Positions 60,001 to 64,000 of a stretch of DNA of 64,000 bases are shown piece by piece. Both the position numbers and the translations under genes were made by a program. The DNA is from Antedon mediterranea (taxonomy: Eukaryota; Animalia; Echinodermata). The stretch covers positions 1,989,788 through 2,053,787 of the forward strand of contig NC_092676.1 of NCBI RefSeq assembly GCF_964355755.1, given 5' to 3'. Numbering within the stretch: position 1 is the first letter of the stretch; the number at the start of each line of letters is the position of its first letter. The notes under the pieces were generated by a model. That model was not told the origin of the DNA. It searched no databases and saw only the letters and a program-made list of their open reading frames with translations.

Positions 60001-63000
60001 TTTAGAATGAGAGCATCTGGCTTGTGCTTGATGGACCAGTTGATGCCATCTGGATTGAGAACCTGAACAGTGTCTTGGACGACAACAAAACGTTGACCCT
60101 AGCTAACGGCGATCGTATTCCAATGTCGCCAAATTGCAAGATTATCTTTGAGCCTCATAACATTGATAATGCATCACCAGCGACCGTGTCCAGAAATGGA
60201 ATGGTGTACATGAGCTCCTCCATCATGGACTGCAGTCCAATCTTCCAAGTAAGTTGCAAAATAACTATATATCCTCTGGTATAATCCCCTGATTTCACAA
60301 ACATATACACTAATATAGTCCCCGTATTGACTTTTGATCTGGATGTGGGCCTCTCTCTAGCCAGTTCAGATAAGTTTTCACAAAAAATGTTTACCAATCA
60401 TTTTTTTCCTGAACCAGGGTTCCCCTGGGTATAGTCTTACCAAAGCCAGCTCAATTTCGTGTTTCTAGGTGGTGGTATTATAAGAAAAGATATACTGTAC
60501 ATTTTTCTGAAGTATGAAGTGACATTAGAATTACAGTAACTTTCACATAATCTAGTAAAGAGATTGCAACGTCTTTCCAAAATGAAATTTAACATCTCTA
60601 TTGATTTCTAGGGTTGGATAAACTCACGACCAGTAGCCCAGCAGGGTGTCCTGTCTTCCTTATGTGAGGAGAACTTTAAGAAGATACACACCTACTCAAT
60701 CCAGAGCCTGAACCCTCGAATGGACTTACTTGAGTGTATGTACACTAGGCAGACTATTGACCTCTTAGATGGACTAATTCCTGCTGAAGACAACCCTAAC
60801 CAACCAACTGCAGAGCATCTGGAGAGACTCTTTGTCTTTGCTGTTATGTGGTCTGTAGGGGCATTGTTGGAACTTGAGGACAGAAAAAAGGTATCTTTGA
60901 AATTTACCCTATGGAACTGTTAAAGATATATTGTCCCCCTAAAAAATGTTTTTACATTTTGTTTTTATATGCCATTTTAATGTCACACACACAATAGTAG
61001 CAAAAAATACCTAAATTGTTTGTTTATTTGTCTTTTTAAAAGTGAAATCATTATTTTTGTTGATTTTTTTTTTACAGAAGTGAATAACTTTATTTAAACT
61101 ACAAAATGGCTTATTTAAAGTCTGCTTTTATTTATCTTTATTTTTCATAAATCTAGTATTCCCTAAATTGATACCGATTATTTTTAACATTTTTGTCTTG
61201 TTTCTTTCAGTTGGAGATGTTCATAAAGTCTGATTGTTCTCTTAACTTGCCTAATATTGATGACAGCAGTCAGGATACAATATTTGAGTATGTTGTAAAT
61301 GATCAAGGAAAATGGGAACATTGGTCTATCAGGGTATGAAAAGAATTTTAAACTTTACTGATGGCTTTTTATTTTTTTGTCTTTTGTGAGATACACTCAC
61401 CTTTATTTTTTTTTTTTTCAGAGTACATATACAGAGAAAAAAAAACACTTTTATGTATTAACTTTGTAAAAATACTGTATTATAAATGTTTGTTTGCAAC
61501 CAAAATTGCTGTTTTTGTTTCATTTCTTATATGTTTTTTTAAATATTTATTAGTTTCATTCTTACAAATATAATAGAATAAGTATGTACATCGTCAATAG
61601 CTATACATTATACATAAATGGCTTTTTATTGTAAGATAAGATATAATTTATTCATCCAATAACTTTTTGAAATTTGCTTTTTTTTTGGCATTGATATATA
61701 GCTTGCATTGTAGTTTTAGTTAACATTCCTTCCAACCATAAAGCCTCAATTGAAATTGTAATGATGACAAACATATCCAGTAACAATATCTCAATACACT
61801 GTAAGATACATCACATGTTATGAGGAATAAATCAAATTTAAAATCTAGGCTCATCTCATGGCCAAAACATCATGGTCATAATGCCATTTTAACAATATAA
61901 ACAATTAAAGATGGATTGCCCTCCAAAAACATGAAAATAAAGATTAATGAAATCAGATTTTGAATAGGCCATTATGCAGTTTTAATAAAGGTATTCATTT
62001 CTGTAGGAAAAAAATTAAAATTAATTATTTCACTTATAAAAAGATAAAAGAAATGGTTAATTTTTACCAAAAATCATTGTCTGACAATTTGGGTATTTTT
62101 TCTTTAAATTACATTTTTTCGGAAAATAATTTTTTTTGGGATCTAGTTTTTAGTTAAAGTCAATAACTATTGTGACATTAAAATGGCATATTCAACCCCA
62201 AAAAATTGGGAAAAAATTATTTTTGTAGGTGGACAATATATATTTAACACTTGAATCTTGTAGGTACCACAATACCTGTATCCTACTGACAGTACACCAG
62301 AGTATTCCTCCATCCTGGTTCCAAATGTCGACAACATCCGTACAGACTTCCTGATCAACACCATCGCTAAGCAAGAGAAAGGAGTGCTTCTGATTGGTGA
62401 ACAGGGAACAGCAAAGACGGTCATGATTAAAGGATATTGTAACAATTATGACCCAGAGCAACATTTGGCAAAGAGTGTCAACTTTTCCTCAGCCACAACA
62501 CCAAATATGTTTCAGGTATTTAATGCATCATCACGAATGGTGTACGTCTTGTGACTTGGCTTGTATTGTAATAGCGCATTTAACAAGACTTTTCCAATAA
62601 GTGATTATCGGCCATGGACTTAATAACTTTATAACTCTACAAAAACTAGACTGGAATATCTCCTAAAACAAAACTTTTCTTATGCATAAAAATGTCCCAA
62701 ATTCTTTCCTATTAAAACATACATTTGGAAAACCAGCGTTAGTATTATCCTTTTGAAAATCCAGCAAATGCACTACCCACTATAAATTTCTGTGTAATCA
62801 ATATAATGTAAGCAGTTTAAATAAAAGGTTTAATTACTGAGTTTTTTATCCTGAGTCTTCTTGTGTTTTAGCGTACTGTTGAAAGTTATGTTGACAAACG
62901 TGTTGGTACAACATACGGGCCTCCTGCTGGAAAGAAGATGACAGTCTTTATTGATGATATCAACATGCCAGTCATCAATGAATGGGGTGATCAGGTAAAG

Positions 63001-63343
63001 AACATACTTCATATTTTGTATTTTAAGTTTTCAAGTTTCATAACATTAAAAAATATAAAGAATAGGTCAGAGGTCAGAGTTTGAAGGCAGATGGCCTGAA
63101 AGATGAAGAAAAACATGTTGTGTTGGACAAGCCTTAAAAAAAATATTGAATAGACTAACTAGATGAATGAACAATGGTATAGATAAAGAAGAATGAATTG
63201 AATTGAAATATTTATATTGGCCGACCTCTTCAGTCAAAGACTGATCTCCCAGAGGGCCCAGTCATGATCAGTGGCTGTGATGTAATAGTACTCCAGGGTA
63301 ACCCCCTACTCGTCTCGAAAGATATGAGCTAGATGTGTACACT

Positions 63344-63377
<34 letters not shown>

Positions 63378-63892
63378 TCGTTCTACCACCAGAACTATGG
63401 AGCGAGTAAGCCTTGAACCCTTGCCGATGGTATGGCTACTGTACGTAATCAGGTTCCACTGTCTTAACCGCTCAGTCACATATATAAAGATTGAATATCA
63501 TAGGCGGATTTGAGGTGTTTGAGGGATGGGAGATGATATTTCAAAAAAATCCTGGGTCTGCCACCGGTGGTTTAATACTACAAATCCAGCCTAGTAATAT
63601 GGAGGTCATGGGTTCAAGTCTACTATTTACATATCTTATTTTTCTTTAGATCACCAATGAAATTGTAAGACAAGTGATGGAGAACAGAGGGTTTTACAAC
63701 TTAGAGAAGCCTGGTGATTTTACCAACATTGTAGACATCCAGTATATCGCTGCTATGATCCAACCTGGTGGAGGACGTAACGACATCCCTCAGCGTCTTA
63801 AACGACAGTTTAACGTCTTCAATTCCACGCTGCCTTCCAATCAGTCCATTGATAAGATCTTCTCGACTGTAGGGACAGGTCATTATTGTAAG
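39087..63892 (+). CDS. DNAH5: Axonemal outer-arm dynein heavy chain, DNAH5/DNAH8 (gamma-type)-like; partial at both ends, 40 exons traced
   Basis: Exons, bounded by GT-AG except one GC donor: 39087-39149, 39329-39428, 40008-40249, 40679-40859, 41323-41681, 42126-42307, 42502-42621, 42893-43094, 43933-44028, 44383-44649, 47203-47268, 47540-47769, 47929-48080, 48323-48527, 48873-49087, 49667-49932, 50234-50434, 50799-51284, 51569-51687, 51866-52165, 52470-52710, 53216-53415, 53880-54033, 54231-54497, 54609-54737, 55241-55459, 55931-56077, 56339-56511, 56857-57035, 57630-57817, 57936-58265, 59003-59110, 59252-59363, 59707-59894, 60006-60248, 60612-60890, 61211-61333, 62264-62515, 62872-62994, 63650-63892. 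Motifs: AAA1 [42 protein letters not shown]2 GPSGAGKT and [16 protein letters not shown]3 GEQGTAKT. The symbol denotes the DNAH5/8 clade; exact orthology is not established. Confidence 0.93.
44642..46691 (+). repeat. 32-bp minisatellite, 64 copies, (TTCTTAGGGTATGTTGGTGGTCGTGTTGTTGT)n, starting at a dynein exon/intron junction
   Basis: Period of 32 bp (the line pattern recurs every 480 bp). Copies appear identical except copy 2 (33 bp). Confidence 0.97.
46850..47055. mobile_element. Harbinger-like MITE with internal duplication
   Basis: agccctgtctatactatcaaact...gtttgatagtgtagacagcgct termini. Confidence 0.75.
49162..49550 (+). mobile_element. tRNA-derived SINE with a small nested inverted-repeat element (about 49262-49346)
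   Basis: A-box-like TGGCTTGGTGG and B-box GGTTCGAGTC. The 3' part is shared with 41950-42100, and the nested element is also seen at about 21280-21340. Confidence 0.7.
53437..53575. mobile_element. PIF/Harbinger-like MITE, cleanest copy (others at about 47350-47477, 50622-50742, 51312-51400, 57412-57535, 58647-58804)
   Basis: TIR AGCTCTGTCTACACTATCAAACT / AGTTTGATAGTTTAGACAGAGCT with a 3-bp TAA TSD. Confidence 0.85.
54775..55185 (+). mobile_element. LINE 3' fragment, same family as 34060-34835
   Basis: [37 protein letters not shown] matches the 34 kb copy; ends AAATTGAATTGAATT. Confidence 0.85.
55478..55748. mobile_element. MITE (TATATCCTC.GGTATAATC TIRs); second copy inverted at about 60268-60495
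   Basis: Terminal inverted repeats tatatcctctagtataatc / gattatacccgaggatata; two dispersed copies. Confidence 0.65.
58298..58640. mobile_element. Kolobok-like MITE (related copies at 61909-62243 and, partial, about 60924-61140)
   Basis: TIR AGATGTATTGTCCCC / GGGGACAATACATCT flanked by TTAA on both sides. Confidence 0.85.
63195..63480 (-). mobile_element. tRNA-derived SINE with a Deu/Nin-like central domain
   Basis: Reverse strand has A-box-like TGACTGAGCGG, B-box-like GGTTCAAGGC, central TCTCAGATAAGGACTATAAACCGTAGGTCC and a (TTCAA)n tail. Confidence 0.7.
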
Positions 63893-64000
63893 GTGAGATG
63901 TTTTATTTATTTATTCTTTTTACTGGGTGACCTCTTCAGTAAAAAAGCTGTTCGCCCAGTACACAAAACAGTAAAATTACAAAAGAAAAAACAGACCAGA

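Noticed and set aside
7182-63883. Numerous short ORFs (60-110 aa) in the ORF track
   Set aside because: They are alternative or antisense frames of receptor or dynein exons, or AT-rich/repeat-derived, and many have non-ATG starts. There is no independent support for them.

Overview
AT-rich, intron-containing animal (invertebrate-type) genomic DNA in two parts. (1) About 2.0-38.8 kb is a minus-strand tandem array of at least 10 paralogous type-I membrane receptor genes (R1-R10) with intronless coding regions. Each has a signal peptide, a degenerate Ig-like N-terminal segment, two Ig-like domains, one transmembrane helix and a cytoplasmic tail built from a variable number (0-13) of 28-aa Tyr-containing repeats. 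Six copies have open frames, four are disabled, and there are further deleted remnants. The copies show hypervariable distal loops, an almost invariant membrane-proximal domain and apparent swapping of ectodomain, stalk/TM and tail modules. This looks like an uncharacterised, fast-evolving immune or allorecognition-like receptor family (inference). (2) From 39.1 kb to the end is a plus-strand DNAH5/DNAH8-type axonemal dynein heavy chain, with 40 exons traced. Its 5'-most coding exon was not found, so the receptor array may lie antisense inside a dynein intron. The dynein gene also has a 64-copy 32-bp minisatellite that multiplies a splice donor and a probable GC-AG intron. Many transposon relics are present: L1/Tx1 and other LINE pieces, SINEs, Harbinger- and Kolobok-like MITEs, a solo LTR, and a 3.4-kb TIR element with no target-site duplication. 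All alignments and counts were done by eye; no database searches were run.
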